Below are positions 26,449-37,175 of a DNA stretch of 61,242 nt, in pieces. The position numbers and the translations under genes were made by a program. The stretch spans positions 1 to 61,242 of the forward strand of contig JBGAIQ010000030.1 of the NCBI GenBank assembly GCA_044225365.1, given 5' to 3'. This stretch comes from Planctomycetota bacterium. Lineage in GTDB: Bacteria > Planctomycetota > B15-G4 > JADJEK01. Within the stretch, counting starts at the first letter, position 1; each line of letters begins with the position of its first letter. The notes beneath the pieces were generated by a model. It did no database searches. It saw only the letters and a program-made list of their open reading frames with translations, and was not told where the DNA came from.

Positions 26449-29247
26449 TCAGTCGATGAACAGGAACTCATCGAGATTGACGAGCACGCGGCACGCGGCG
26501 GGGAGTCCGTGAGCGTTTGCATGCGCGACGAACGCGTCGAGTTCGGCGGGGCGGGGCTCGCGATTCAGCGCGAGTGCGAAGGCGCGTCGGATCTGGCCTG
26601 GCAGATCGTCGGGCGCGTCGTTCCTGAGCCTCCTCGCGAGGCGATCGCATTGGGTGAGGACGAACGGATCGTTCAACATCGCGAGGGCCTGCAATGCCGT
26701 GATCGTCACGTTCCGTCGCGGCGTCAGGAGCGAGGCGTCCGGGCAATCCAGACATTCCATGAACGGATCCGGAGCCGAGCGGACGAGGAAGCGGTAGATC
26801 GCGCGCCGATTCCCGGTCGGGGAGGTGCGATCGAATGGCTCGTAGTCGTAGACCGGCGAGTGATCGTCCTTGAACGCGAACTGACGATCGGACGGTCCGC
26901 CTCGGCGGAGATCGAGCGCGCCGCTGATGGACAGGAGCGCGTCATGGATCTGTTCGGCGTCGAGCCGCGCGCGGGGAGCGTGGGCGAGGAATCGGTTCTC
27001 CGCGTCCTTTTCGAGGATCAGCGGCGTGGCGAACGACGATCGCCGGTACGCCTCGCTCGTGACGATGAGGCGATGCAATTGCTTCAACGAGCCGCCGGTA
27101 TCCAGGAACCAACTCGCGAGGAAGTCGAGGAGCTCGGGATGCGTCGGCGGCGCGCCCAGGTGTCCGAAATCGGAGGGGGTGTCGACGAGGCCGCGGCCGA
27201 AATGCCAGAGCCAGACTCGGTTGACGATCGAGCGGGGCACGAGGGGATTCTTCGGGTCGACGAGCCAATTCGCGAGTGCGGCGCGGCGCGCGCCCTCGTC
27301 GCCCGACGCGAGGGCGTCGAAACGCGAGGGCAGCGCTCGCACGCAGCGCGGAGCGCCGGGGATCGCCACGTCGCGCGGGCTGTTGACGTCGCCGCGTGCG
27401 AGCACGCGGATCTCGCGGGGCGAGGGCGATGGCGTGAAGGCTCCGTTCGGCGTGAAATCCTTGGCGGCGGCGAAGACCTTGCTCGGTGGCGGCAACGCGG
27501 CGAACTCCCGATCGAGTCGGGCGAGTCGCTCGACGCGATCGATCCACCCTGCGACCGACTCGACTCCGATCGCGCCGAAGGGCGTGTCGCCGTCGGTCAG
27601 ATTCGAGAGCGACCAGCGCGGGGGAGCTTCGATCGACGCCGTCGACGTCGCGTGGGCGTGCATGGCGACGTCGCGTCGGTCGTGGATCACGACGAGTTCG
27701 CCGAGCGCGAACGCGAAGTCGCCGGTGCGCTGCCAGAGCTTCGTTGCGCGCACGCGGACGAAGCGAGCGGAACCCGTCGTTTCGATGGAGAGCGGCGAGT
27801 CGCCGGGATTCGCGAAGTCGGCACCGGTGTGATCGGAGACGATCCGCGGATTCGCGAACGACGGGTCGTCGGCGATCGCGACGTCGAATCGCACCGGGAA
27901 GCCGAAGCCGGGTCCTGGCCAACCGCCATAGACCTCGTGAGCGGGGACGAGAACGATGCGATCGATGCGAACGCTTTCGCCGAGGTCGATCGTGACTTCG
28001 CGGGTGGCGTCCGCCGTGGCGACCAGGTCGCTGTGGTAGCCGAGATGATCCGAGGGCCCAGCGTCGACGCGCTGCAGCGTCGCTCGTTCACGGACGATCG
28101 CGGCCCTTCGCGCGGCGATCTCCGGGTCGGCATCGAACTCACGATCGGCGCGTTCGACGCCCGCGAACACGGCCTGCAGCGAGTAGTAGTCGTCCTGCGT
28201 GATCGCGTCGAACTTGTGATCGTGGCAGCGTGCGCAATGCACGGTCATGCTCGCGAACGTCGACATCGTGTTCATCACCATGTCGTCGCGGTCGAGATTG
28301 CGAGTGATCGCCTTGTCGGTGGTGCCTTCGCGCAGTTCGACGTGCCCCACGAAGTCCCACGGACCGGCAGCGATGAAGCCCGTCGCGACGAGTGCCGAGG
28401 GATCGTTGGGGTAGAGGACGTCGCCCGCGAGCTGCTCCGTCACGAAGCGGGAATAGGGTTTGTCGGAGTCGAAGCTCGCGATCACGTAGTCGCGATAGGG
28501 CCAAGCGTTCGGCCGCGGTTTGTCCTTGTCGTAGCCGTGAGTCTCGCCGTAGTGGACGAGGTCGAGCCAGAAGCGCGCGAAGCGCTCACCGAAACGAGGC
28601 GAAGCGAGCAGACGATCGACGAGGCGCAGGTAGGCGTCCTGCGCGGAATCGGCGACGAACTGCGCCACCTCCTCCGGCGTCGGAGGAAGCCCGGTGAGAT
28701 CGTACGTGACGCGTCGGATCAGCGTCTTCTTGTCCGCGAGTGGGCCGGGCGTGAGCGCGAGTTCGGCGAGTCGTGCGTCCACGAACGAGTCGATCGGGTT
28801 CTTGGTGTCGCGCGGCACGGTGGGATGGACGATGGGGCGAAGCGACCAGAGATCGCATCGGCGGTCGAATTCGAGCGCAGCCGAGCGATCGACCAGCGTG
28901 CGACCCTGCGGCCAGTTCGCTCCGTCCTCGATCCAGGAGAGCAGCGTGTGGATGTCGGATTCGGGAACGGGCGGTTTGCCCTTGGGCATGCGCGGCGGGT
29001 CGTCGCCTTCCTTGCGCAGCACCACGATCAACGGGCTCGAGTCGGGTCGCGAGACGTCGAATGCGGGCTCGCCCGAACGTCCTCCGGCCATCGCATCGAT
29101 GCGAGTCGCGAGCGAGAGTCCGCCCTTCTTGTGGGTCGCGTCGTGACAGGCGATGCATCGCCCTTCGAGGATCGGCGCGACGTCGCGCTCGAAGTCGATT
29201 GGGAACGGAGCAGGAAGGCCGGCGAGGAAGAGGGCGAGCGCGATCAA
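26449..29247 (-). CDS. Planctomycete cytochrome c plus DUF1549/DUF1553 (PSCyt2/PSD1) protein with a central discoidin-like insert
   Basis: CIACH; LIRRVTYDLTGLPP; AWPYRDYVI; CARCHDHKFD; VNRVW..HFGRGLV; PTHPELLD.LA; LQAL.MLN. Confidence 0.95.
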   Translation of the reverse strand: MIALALFLAGLPAPFPIDFERDVAPILEGRCIACHDATHKKGGLSLATRIDAMAGGRSGEPAFDVSRPDSSPLIVVLRKEGDDPPRMPKGKPPVPESDIHTLLSWIEDGANWPQGRTLVDRSAALEFDRRCDLWSLRPIVHPTVPRDTKNPIDSFVDARLAELALTPGPLADKKTLIRRVTYDLTGLPPTPEEVAQFVADSAQDAYLRLVDRLLASPRFGERFARFWLDLVHYGETHGYDKDKPRPNAWPYRDYVIASFDSDKPYSRFVTEQLAGDVLYPNDPSALVATGFIAAGPWDFVGHVELREGTTDKAITRNLDRDDMVMNTMSTFASMTVHCARCHDHKFDAITQDDYYSLQAVFAGVERADREFDADPEIAARRAAIVRERATLQRVDAGPSDHLGYHSDLVATADATREVTIDLGESVRIDRIVLVPAHEVYGGWPGPGFGFPVRFDVAIADDPSFANPRIVSDHTGADFANPGDSPLSIETTGSARFVRVRATKLWQRTGDFAFALGELVVIHDRRDVAMHAHATSTASIEAPPRWSLSNLTDGDTPFGAIGVESVAGWIDRVERLARLDREFAALPPPSKVFAAAKDFTPNGAFTPSPSPREIRVLARGDVNSPRDVAIPGAPRCVRALPSRFDALASGDEGARRAALANWLVDPKNPLVPRSIVNRVWLWHFGRGLVDTPSDFGHLGAPPTHPELLDFLASWFLDTGGSLKQLHRLIVTSEAYRRSSFATPLILEKDAENRFLAHAPRARLDAEQIHDALLSISGALDLRRGGPSDRQFAFKDDHSPVYDYEPFDRTSPTGNRRAIYRFLVRSAPDPFMECLDCPDASLLTPRRNVTITALQALAMLNDPFVLTQCDRLARRLRNDAPDDLPGQIRRAFALALNREPRPAELDAFVAHANAHGLPAACRVLVNLDEFLFID

Positions 29248-29316
29248 CCGGTGACTCCAGCGATGGAACGGATCCGGGTGCGTCGCGCAGCATAGCAGCG
29301 GCGGGGGAGTGTTCGC

Positions 29317-32300
29317 TCAGCTCGGGTTCGGCAGAACCACCCGTTGGAGCGCGGCCTGGATGTCCTTCATGGAGTACGGCTTCAGGAGGACCTCGCGAAT
29401 GCCGACGGTCTTCGCCATTTCGTAGGTCGAGGGGCGCACCATCCCGGACGTGAGGATCACGGGCAGATCGCTTCGGAGCGCAAGGAGTTGCCGTGCGAGT
29501 TCGAAGCCGGGTAGGACCGGCATCGCCTCGTCGGTGACGACGGCGTCGAACGCCTTGGGGTCCTTCTTGAAGTGCTCGAGTGCCGCCACCGGGTCGGTGA
29601 ATCCGATCGTCGAGTAACCGAGGCGGCGCAAGATCGAAGGAATCGTGCTGGCGAGCGAAGGCTCGTCGTCGACGTACATCACGTGGCCGCTTCGAGGCGG
29701 CGCGGGTGCCGATTCGACCTGCGGAGTGGCAGGCGCAAAGCGTTCGCCTTCCGCGACGGGGAAGTAGATGCGAAAGATCGTGCCCGCGCCCACGGAGCTC
29801 TCGAGGTCGATCGCGCCGCCGTGATTGCGCACGATTCCGTGGACCACCGACAGACCGAGCCCCGATCCCTCGCCTTGCGGTTTCGTAGTGAAGAACGGAT
29901 CGAAGATCCGGTCGATGATCTCGCTCTCGATCCCGCTACCGTCGTCCTTCACCGAAAGGACGATATGGCGACCGAGGTGGAGTGAGCGGAGCGCTTCGCG
30001 AATGTGGGGCGAGCTGGGGTCGACGAGCTCGCATTCGAGAGCGATGGAGATCGATCCCGTGCGCTCGCCGATCGCATACGCGGCGTTCGAACCGAGGTTG
30101 ACGACGATCTGGTGGATCTGCGTGGCGTCGGCGAAGACGTGCGGCAATCCCGCGGGGACGGAACTCGTGATGGCGATGCGTGCGGGGGTCGTCGCGCGCA
30201 GGAGGCGTGTCGCCTCGTCGATGACGGGCGCTAGGTCGATGACCTCGCGGCGCAGCTCGGTACCCCTCGTGAACGCTAGGATGCGGCGAACGAGATCGGT
30301 CGCCCGCGCGCTCGCACGGCGGATCTCCTGGATGTGATGTCGGGACGGACTCCGCGCGTCGAGCAGGTCCATCGCGAGTTCCGAGTTCCCGCCGATCGCG
30401 AGCAACACGTTGTTGAAGTCGTGGGCGATGCCGCTCGCGAGGGTGCCGAGCGCTTCGAGCTTCTGCGATCTCGCGCGCGATTCCTCCGCGAGACGCCGAT
30501 CGGTGACGTCCATGCTGATCCCGATCATTCGGACCGGTCGACCGAGCGAGTCGCGCTCGATGCGCGCTCGCATCGCCATGTAGAGCGTGCGTCCATCACT
30601 GCGGACGATTCGGAACTCACCGCTGCAGTCGAATTCGGATCGCAGGGCATTCGATGCAGTGCGTCGCAAGCGCTCGCGGTCCTCCTCGTGGAAGCGGGCG
30701 ATGGCCTGCGCGAGGGAGACGGTCCGCGGCGAATTCCGATCGAAACCGAACGACTGCATCATCGAGTCGTCCCAGGTGATCGAATCGCTCGCGACGTCGT
30801 AGACCCAGGTGCCCATCTGCCCGGCCTCGAGCGCGGCGATGAGCTGAGCTCGAGAGGTGCGGAGCTCGAGTTCGGCGCGCCGGCGTTCGGTGACGTCGCG
30901 CAGGATCACGTGGACGGTGACATCGTGATCTTCGATGCATGACGAGACCGCGGCTTCGACGAGGACGACCAAGCCATCGAGGCGACGGAAACGCGCGTCG
31001 ACGACGGGCGCGACCGACTCGCGCGCTCGAAGCTTCGCCAGGCGCGCGCGTACCATGGGGTGATCGTCGGGATGCACGAAATCGAGCGGCGAGCGGCCGA
31101 GCAGCTCGTCACGGCTCTTTGCGCCGATCAGGCTCACGAACGCTTGGTTGACGATCGTCGTCCGCAGGTTCCGGTGCACGAAGATCGGATCGTGCGCCGT
31201 TTCGATGAGCGTGAGGTAGCGCGTCGCCGTTTCCTGGAGCGCGCGTTCGGTGCGTCGTCGCTCAGAGACGTCCTGACAGAACGCCAGGCGATGTCCTGCG
31301 TGCGCGTGCACGACGAGCATCGAGACGACGATGACCTGGCCGTCCGGCCGGCTCATCCGGTACTCGCCGTTCAGGACGCCGCCACGATGCGTTCGGAAGT
31401 CGCGCATCATCGAACCGCGGTCCTCGGGGACGATCAAAGTGACCGCATCCATCCCGCGAATCGTCGTCGCATCGAGACCGAGCAGTCGTTCCGCGCCCGG
31501 ATTGCACTCGATGAATCGGCCGGCATCGTCCGTGACGAAGATCGCGAGAGGCGCGTGCTCGATGTAGGAACGGAAGCGAGCCTCGTTGTCGCGCAAGCCG
31601 TTCTCCGCGCGAACGCGCTCCGTCACGTCCATCAGGATCCCGTGCCACAGAATGCCGCCGTCCGCCTCGAAAACGGGTGCCGAGTAGCCTTCGATCCAGA
31701 TCTCGCCCTTCGTCGAGTGCAACACGCGGAATTCGTCGTGCCACGGGCCTCGCGCCGAGCGCGCAAGCTCGATCCCCTCGAGGACTCGCGACAGGTCATC
31801 GGGATGGATCTTGCGGAACGCGAGGCCCGCGTCGCGGGCGAGTTCTGCGGGCGTGAGCTCGTAGATGCCCTCGATCCGCGGGCTTGCGAAGGGAAATGTG
31901 ATCGAGCCGTCGGCCGCGACCCGCAGCGAACAGATGACGCCGGGCGCGACGTCCACGATCTGGCGGAACCTCGTGTGCTCGGTTTGCAAAGCCTCGCGAA
32001 GTTCGATGCGTTCGTGGATGTCGACGATCGAACCGTACCACTGGGTCACCGAGCCCTGCTCGTCCAGGATCGGATCGATGTGGAGCGAACACCAACGGAA
32101 CACGCCGTCATGGCGCTTCATCCGCGCTTCGATCGAATACCCTTTCTTCGTGGCGACGCCGTTCGACCAGCTCGCGGCGAGCGCGGCCGCGTCTTCCGGG
32201 TGGATGCGACTCGGCCATTCGGAATCGATCGCCTCGATCGACGAGTAGCCGAAGTACTCGATGCCCGTCTTGTTCATGAACTCGACGTGACCGCGCGAAT

Positions 32301-33279
32301 CGTTCGACCAGATGAAGGTCGGAACGCATTCGAGAACCACACGCAATCTGTCGTTCGATTCTCGGGCGATCGCTTCCGCACGCCTTGCCGCGGTGACGTC
32401 GACATTGGCGCCGAAGAGTTTCAACGGTCGTCCGGCGGAGTCGTATGTTGCGCGTCCGCGCGCAACCATCCAGCGGACCTCGCCGGATCGATGAAGGAAT
32501 CGAAAGTGAAGTTCGAAGCTCGAGCGATCCTCGATCGCTCGCTTCGCACTCGCTTCGCACTCGCCGATGTCGTCGGGATGGACCAGTTTCCGCCAGCCCT
32601 CGTACGTACCGTCGAACTCCTGCGGAGCGAGCCCGTACAACGCTTCGAGTTCGGGCGTGAGCGTCACCTCGTCGTTCAGAAAATCCCGTTCCCAGAGGCC
32701 GACGCCGGCGGAGCGCTGTGCGAGGCTCAATCGCTCCTGCATGTCCTCGAGGTCGGACTGGCTCGGAGCGTGCCTCCTCGGGGCACTCGAGTGCTGTAGT
32801 TCCAAGATCTCGCCGGACTCTCGAGCTTCGCGAGTGTCACGCGCGGGAGAAGGTGGATCCCGCAGCTCGATCGCTTCGGTGATCGCGACCGGGTCGCCGC
32901 GGTGATCGCGGTTGATGGAGAAGCCGAGGAGGACGGGGACCGTGCGGCCGTCGCGATGAGTTCGCGTCGTCTCGATCGACCCGAAGGACTCGCCTTCGAT
33001 CAACCGTTCGATGATCCGGGATTCCGCGTCGAGTCGATCGGAGGGCACCCACATCTCGAAGCGCGAACCGAGCATTTCGTCGCTCGTGTATCCGAACATT
33101 CGTCGCGCGGAATCGCTCCACCCCGTCAAGGTTCCGTCGAGATCGCGGAACACGATCGCGGTTGCGTGACTTCGATTCCGTCCGATGCGCAGCAACGAGG
33201 GACTCCCGGGAGCCACAAACGCTTCTGGACGGGGATCATGCCATGAGCCGATTTCCGCACTTCTTCCGAGTCCGCGCAA
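29317..33279 (-). CDS. Multi-PAS hybrid sensor histidine kinase/response regulator (start uncertain)
   Basis: Repeated (V/I)HP(D/E)D...D(V/I)T PAS-PAC units; GIAHDFNN H-box; FDPFFTTK...GSGLGL; C-terminal receiver (VDDE, D..MP, LLKP). Confidence 0.93.
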   Translation of the reverse strand: MRGLGRSAEIGSWHDPRPEAFVAPGSPSLLRIGRNRSHATAIVFRDLDGTLTGWSDSARRMFGYTSDEMLGSRFEMWVPSDRLDAESRIIERLIEGESFGSIETTRTHRDGRTVPVLLGFSINRDHRGDPVAITEAIELRDPPSPARDTREARESGEILELQHSSAPRRHAPSQSDLEDMQERLSLAQRSAGVGLWERDFLNDEVTLTPELEALYGLAPQEFDGTYEGWRKLVHPDDIGECEASAKRAIEDRSSFELHFRFLHRSGEVRWMVARGRATYDSAGRPLKLFGANVDVTAARRAEAIARESNDRLRVVLECVPTFIWSNDSRGHVEFMNKTGIEYFGYSSIEAIDSEWPSRIHPEDAAALAASWSNGVATKKGYSIEARMKRHDGVFRWCSLHIDPILDEQGSVTQWYGSIVDIHERIELREALQTEHTRFRQIVDVAPGVICSLRVAADGSITFPFASPRIEGIYELTPAELARDAGLAFRKIHPDDLSRVLEGIELARSARGPWHDEFRVLHSTKGEIWIEGYSAPVFEADGGILWHGILMDVTERVRAENGLRDNEARFRSYIEHAPLAIFVTDDAGRFIECNPGAERLLGLDATTIRGMDAVTLIVPEDRGSMMRDFRTHRGGVLNGEYRMSRPDGQVIVVSMLVVHAHAGHRLAFCQDVSERRRTERALQETATRYLTLIETAHDPIFVHRNLRTTIVNQAFVSLIGAKSRDELLGRSPLDFVHPDDHPMVRARLAKLRARESVAPVVDARFRRLDGLVVLVEAAVSSCIEDHDVTVHVILRDVTERRRAELELRTSRAQLIAALEAGQMGTWVYDVASDSITWDDSMMQSFGFDRNSPRTVSLAQAIARFHEEDRERLRRTASNALRSEFDCSGEFRIVRSDGRTLYMAMRARIERDSLGRPVRMIGISMDVTDRRLAEESRARSQKLEALGTLASGIAHDFNNVLLAIGGNSELAMDLLDARSPSRHHIQEIRRASARATDLVRRILAFTRGTELRREVIDLAPVIDEATRLLRATTPARIAITSSVPAGLPHVFADATQIHQIVVNLGSNAAYAIGERTGSISIALECELVDPSSPHIREALRSLHLGRHIVLSVKDDGSGIESEIIDRIFDPFFTTKPQGEGSGLGLSVVHGIVRNHGGAIDLESSVGAGTIFRIYFPVAEGERFAPATPQVESAPAPPRSGHVMYVDDEPSLASTIPSILRRLGYSTIGFTDPVAALEHFKKDPKAFDAVVTDEAMPVLPGFELARQLLALRSDLPVILTSGMVRPSTYEMAKTVGIREVLLKPYSMKDIQAALQRVVLPNPS

Positions 33280-33357
33280 AAATCCCGATCGACGGCGCGA
33301 TGTTCAGAAGGTGAACCATCGCGCGCACCTGTGCGTCGGTCGCGAACGCGTCGACCT

Positions 33358-35469
33358 CTACTTCGAGCCCTGGGATTCGCTCCGCCGCAGCACGAAGATC
33401 GCCACCTGCCCGTCGGGTCGACCCGCGGCGGGGGCGTCGGCATGGGCGGTGATCTGCAGTTCGGTGCCAGCGGGGGCATCGTCGAAGATCGCGGCCGACA
33501 CGTAGCGCGGAACCAGTTCGGGTTCACCGCCCGCCGACGGGTAGGGACGCCCTGCGTTCTTGATGTCGAGGCGTACCGCCTGCGGTCCGTCGACGCCGAT
33601 CGCGACGATCGCGAGGAATCCACCTGCGGCCGTGATGGTCCGTAGCGCCGTCGCGCGGTCGGACGGATTCGACGTCGAGGGAAGCGCGGCGTACGACCAC
33701 TGCTGCGCGATGGTGAACGTCGTATTCTCGTCGCCGCTCCGGGCTCGCCACATGCCGCGGGTAACGAGTTGCGCGATGCTCTCGGCCTGGGCGGTGCCCG
33801 CTTTGAACGCATCCGTGGCGAGCGTCTCCCAACTGGTTCGGCGTTCCGCGGCGGCGTTCGCACCGTCGCCGCGAAGCAGTTCCGCGAGCACGTTCGCGCG
33901 CGTCGCGGCGGCGCGGGGCTTCGAGTTCGGATCCGCAGGGAACTGGAGGAGGCGCGACGTCGTGATCGCGATCACATGACCGTGGGAGTCGAGGAGCGGC
34001 AATCCAATTCCCGCGGGACCGAGGGCAGCGAGGTCCAATCCGAGGAGGATCTCCGTCGCGTCCTTGAACGAACGCGGGCGCTGACCGAGGAAGTTGGTGG
34101 TGCGTTCGAGACGGCCCGTGATGCTCGGCTTGCTTTCCGCGTCGATCGCGATCGGGGGCGACGTGGACAGCGCCGCATCGATCGCGAGTTCGCTGAGGTC
34201 CTTCTCGGATGCGAGTTCGAGCGGTGGACCGAGATCGCTCGCGTTGTCGTCGGTTTCGACGAAGAGGAGCGCCACGTCGCACGCGGCGGGTTGCGACCGA
34301 CCCGGCGCGATCGAGAGGGCTTCGAGTCGCGCGCTCTGGAGTTGCGCGGGAGTGTAGGCGAATCGTTCGGTCTCGGCGTCGAAGGGAGTGAGGTTCGCCG
34401 CGATTCGCGAGAAGTCGGCGAAGTTCGGATGGATCTCACTGCGCACGATTCGCAGTTCGCGCGCGTTCCGTGCATCGCCGTCGCCTGGCATCTTCGCGAT
34501 CGCGACTTCGCCCGCTGGAAGGGCCGTGAGCATCGACGCGATCGTCGCGCTCGTCGCGAGTCGGTCCGGCCCCAAGACGAACGCCGAGCCTGCAATCCTC
34601 TCGCTCGCTCCATTCGCAGTCTTCGCTCCGCGGATCACGATCGAGTAGATCGAACTCCGTCGCGCGACCGCTCCCTCTGATTCGTCCTTCGCTCGATGGT
34701 GATTTCCGAACTTCCGCTGCCACTGCAGAGCGGCAAGGGACGCCGAGAGCAGGAGGATCACGGCGAGGATCAGCATCCGCCGGTTGCGTTGCCGCGCACT
34801 CGTCGCGGCCGCGGCGGAAGCGGCGGCGAGCTTCGCCTTGATTGCAGGCGAGATCTCGTGCGGATCGTGCAGTTCGTGAGCGTCGTCGGGGTCGTCGGGT
34901 ATGACTCCCGGAGGCGGGTCCGTCTTCGTTCGATCGGGTGCTCCGCGCGGAGGCCGTACGGCGCCGCCCGGCGAGCCCGCGTGCAGTTCGCCCGGAGGTG
35001 GAGTGAGGTCCTCGTCCCACTCGAAAGGAGTCCTCGACGCCGGCTTATCTTCCGAAGGATCGGGGGAAGGATCGGGGGGCGCTTTCGCCGGCACCGCGAC
35101 GGGAGGCGGCATGTCGTCGGGTGTCGATACGGCTGCGGTCGCGGGGACGAGTTCGATCTCGGCCTCGAGGACCGGGCCGTCGGGGCCGAGTTCGATGCGA
35201 TCACCCGGGGCGAGGACGCGCGGCCCCGTGAGTCGCACGCCGTTCACGAAGGTGCCGTTCTTCGAACCCAGGTCGACGATCGACAATTCGCCGTCGTTGG
35301 CGCGCAGTTCCGCGTGATGTCCGGAGACCAACAGGTCGACCCGAGGATCGAAGACGACGTCGTTGTCCGTCTTGCGGCCGATCCGCACGACCTCACCCGA
35401 GAACAGTTGGGCGGTGCCGGCGAGGCTGCTGTTCGCGGTGTGCTGGAGGACGATCCTGAATCGGTTCAA
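33358..35469 (-). CDS. FHA domain - Pro-rich linker - TM - degenerate trypsin-like domain protein
   Basis: IGR...ND......D..VSGHHA; DLGSKNGTFVNG; single TM; GSAFVL....LAT, DVALL and PLLD..G.VIAI trypsin-like motifs. Confidence 0.82.
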   Translation of the reverse strand: MNRFRIVLQHTANSSLAGTAQLFSGEVVRIGRKTDNDVVFDPRVDLLVSGHHAELRANDGELSIVDLGSKNGTFVNGVRLTGPRVLAPGDRIELGPDGPVLEAEIELVPATAAVSTPDDMPPPVAVPAKAPPDPSPDPSEDKPASRTPFEWDEDLTPPPGELHAGSPGGAVRPPRGAPDRTKTDPPPGVIPDDPDDAHELHDPHEISPAIKAKLAAASAAAATSARQRNRRMLILAVILLLSASLAALQWQRKFGNHHRAKDESEGAVARRSSIYSIVIRGAKTANGASERIAGSAFVLGPDRLATSATIASMLTALPAGEVAIAKMPGDGDARNARELRIVRSEIHPNFADFSRIAANLTPFDAETERFAYTPAQLQSARLEALSIAPGRSQPAACDVALLFVETDDNASDLGPPLELASEKDLSELAIDAALSTSPPIAIDAESKPSITGRLERTTNFLGQRPRSFKDATEILLGLDLAALGPAGIGLPLLDSHGHVIAITTSRLLQFPADPNSKPRAAATRANVLAELLRGDGANAAAERRTSWETLATDAFKAGTAQAESIAQLVTRGMWRARSGDENTTFTIAQQWSYAALPSTSNPSDRATALRTITAAGGFLAIVAIGVDGPQAVRLDIKNAGRPYPSAGGEPELVPRYVSAAIFDDAPAGTELQITAHADAPAAGRPDGQVAIFVLRRSESQGSK

Positions 35470-35530
35470 CGGGGGAGTCCTTGGAGGAGGGTGAAAGCGA
35501 GCCGTGCGACCGATTCGCTTCGTCGAACGT

Positions 35531-36973
35531 CTACTCGCGGTCTCGTCCATTCGGGACCGCGCTCTCCGTCGCGTCGCGCGCCAGATCTCTCTCGGCGTCT
35601 TCGAGATCGTGTCGAGCGGACTCGAGTGCCGCGCGCTTGCTGGCCGCGATCTCGAATTCCGGTGGCATCGGAGCGCTTGTCGGGCCCCCGTTCAACACTT
35701 CGTTTCCCAGCTCGCGGAAACGATCGCCGAATTCTGCGTCGATCGCCGCCTTCGCGGAGCGTGCGGCGACGAGCGTGGCCTCCCGCTCGAGGCGGCGCCG
35801 CTCCCTTGCCTGCTTCTCGCCGTCCAAATCTCCACGCAGTTCCAGGATGGCCCGGGCGCGACGATCCTCGCCGGCGATCGACTCTGCGATCCTCGCCCGA
35901 AGAACGACTCTCTCCGCGAGGAAGGACGCGAGCGAAGCTGCGGCGGCGGGCTCGACGCGGCTCGCGCGCGCGAGTCGTTCCCGCAAAGCCTCGAGGTCGG
36001 TCGCCACGTCGTCCTCGGCACTCGGGCGGTGCTTTGCGATCGTCTCCGCGATGACGAGCGAGAGTTCGTCGAGGGTGGCGAAGAGATCGTCGCAGTGTTC
36101 GCGCAGGGCGTCGTCGTTCGATCGCGCCGCATTCTCGGCGAGGGCGCGCGCGGCCTTGGCGGCCGTCAGCTCTTCGTCCATCGCGGCGATGCGCGCTTCG
36201 ATCGAGCGGCAGGTGGAGAGCGTCGACTCCCGATCGGCCTGCTCGTCGCGGAGCGCTTCATCGAGCATCGAGGAGACTGCGTGCGCCCGGCGCTCGAGAT
36301 CGAGGAGTTTCGCGACCGACGGGCATCGGCTCCAATCGACTCCACCCCGCAGCCACAATGCGCGGGCGAGAACGGTTGCGGCCTGGCCTGCCGCTTCGTC
36401 CGCGACCTCGAGAGCCTTCGTGTGCGCCGCGACCCTCGCCGCGAGCTCGTGTGCGCGCTGGGGATTCCGGATTCGCGAGCGTTCCGGCGCGGGCGCCGGG
36501 TTCTCTACCGGTCGCGAGGATTGCGCGGCGAGACTCCTCGCTTCGAGAGTACCCTCTTCCGTTCCTTCGTCGTCCGATGGGGCGGGTGAGTCGACCGCCT
36601 CCTTCAGCAATTCGATCGCGAAGCCGACGCTGCCCTGCGATCCTTCGATCCCGAGGATGACCTGGTCGCCGGTGGCGAGCGCGATCCGGCCCACGATCTC
36701 CTTGCCATTCACGAGGGTGCCGTTCGTGGATTCGAGATCTTCGAGGAACCAGCGTCCGTCCTCGGCGGACAGCCGGGCGTGACGGCTCGAGACCATCCGG
36801 TCCTGATGGCTGTCGAATCGGAGTTCGCAATCGCGGCGGCGTCCGAGGTGGACGATCCCGCCGTCGAACTGCGAAAGCGTCCCTTGGAGGCTTCCCAGGC
36901 AGTGGCGCAGCCGAATCGGCGGCGCGCTCTTCTGCCGAGCAAGGATCGTTTCTACGTATTCGTCGTCGCTCAC
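35531..36973 (-). CDS. FHA domain protein with a long helical/coiled-coil C-terminus (start uncertain)
   Basis: LGRRRDC......D.MVSSRHA; DLESTNGTLVNG; A/E/R/L-rich heptads. Confidence 0.8.
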   Translation of the reverse strand: MSDDEYVETILARQKSAPPIRLRHCLGSLQGTLSQFDGGIVHLGRRRDCELRFDSHQDRMVSSRHARLSAEDGRWFLEDLESTNGTLVNGKEIVGRIALATGDQVILGIEGSQGSVGFAIELLKEAVDSPAPSDDEGTEEGTLEARSLAAQSSRPVENPAPAPERSRIRNPQRAHELAARVAAHTKALEVADEAAGQAATVLARALWLRGGVDWSRCPSVAKLLDLERRAHAVSSMLDEALRDEQADRESTLSTCRSIEARIAAMDEELTAAKAARALAENAARSNDDALREHCDDLFATLDELSLVIAETIAKHRPSAEDDVATDLEALRERLARASRVEPAAAASLASFLAERVVLRARIAESIAGEDRRARAILELRGDLDGEKQARERRRLEREATLVAARSAKAAIDAEFGDRFRELGNEVLNGGPTSAPMPPEFEIAASKRAALESARHDLEDAERDLARDATESAVPNGRDRE

Positions 36974-37175
36974 AACCCGCCTCGAACGTCTCGTCGCTCG
37001 CACGTGTCGCGCGTCACGGGACATCGCGACCATGCAGGTGCGGCATTGTACCGTCGTCGATCCGTCGTTCTTCGAACGGACCCAAACGTATCGCGACGAT
37101 GCGACGTTTCTTATGCTCCCGCGTCCGACCGCCGGTAGCACCTTCGTTGGCCGTCCGCACCCTTCACGAGGAAAC

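Noticed and set aside
26446-29295. 949-aa plus-strand ORF
   Set aside because: Antisense shadow of the DUF1549/DUF1553 gene.
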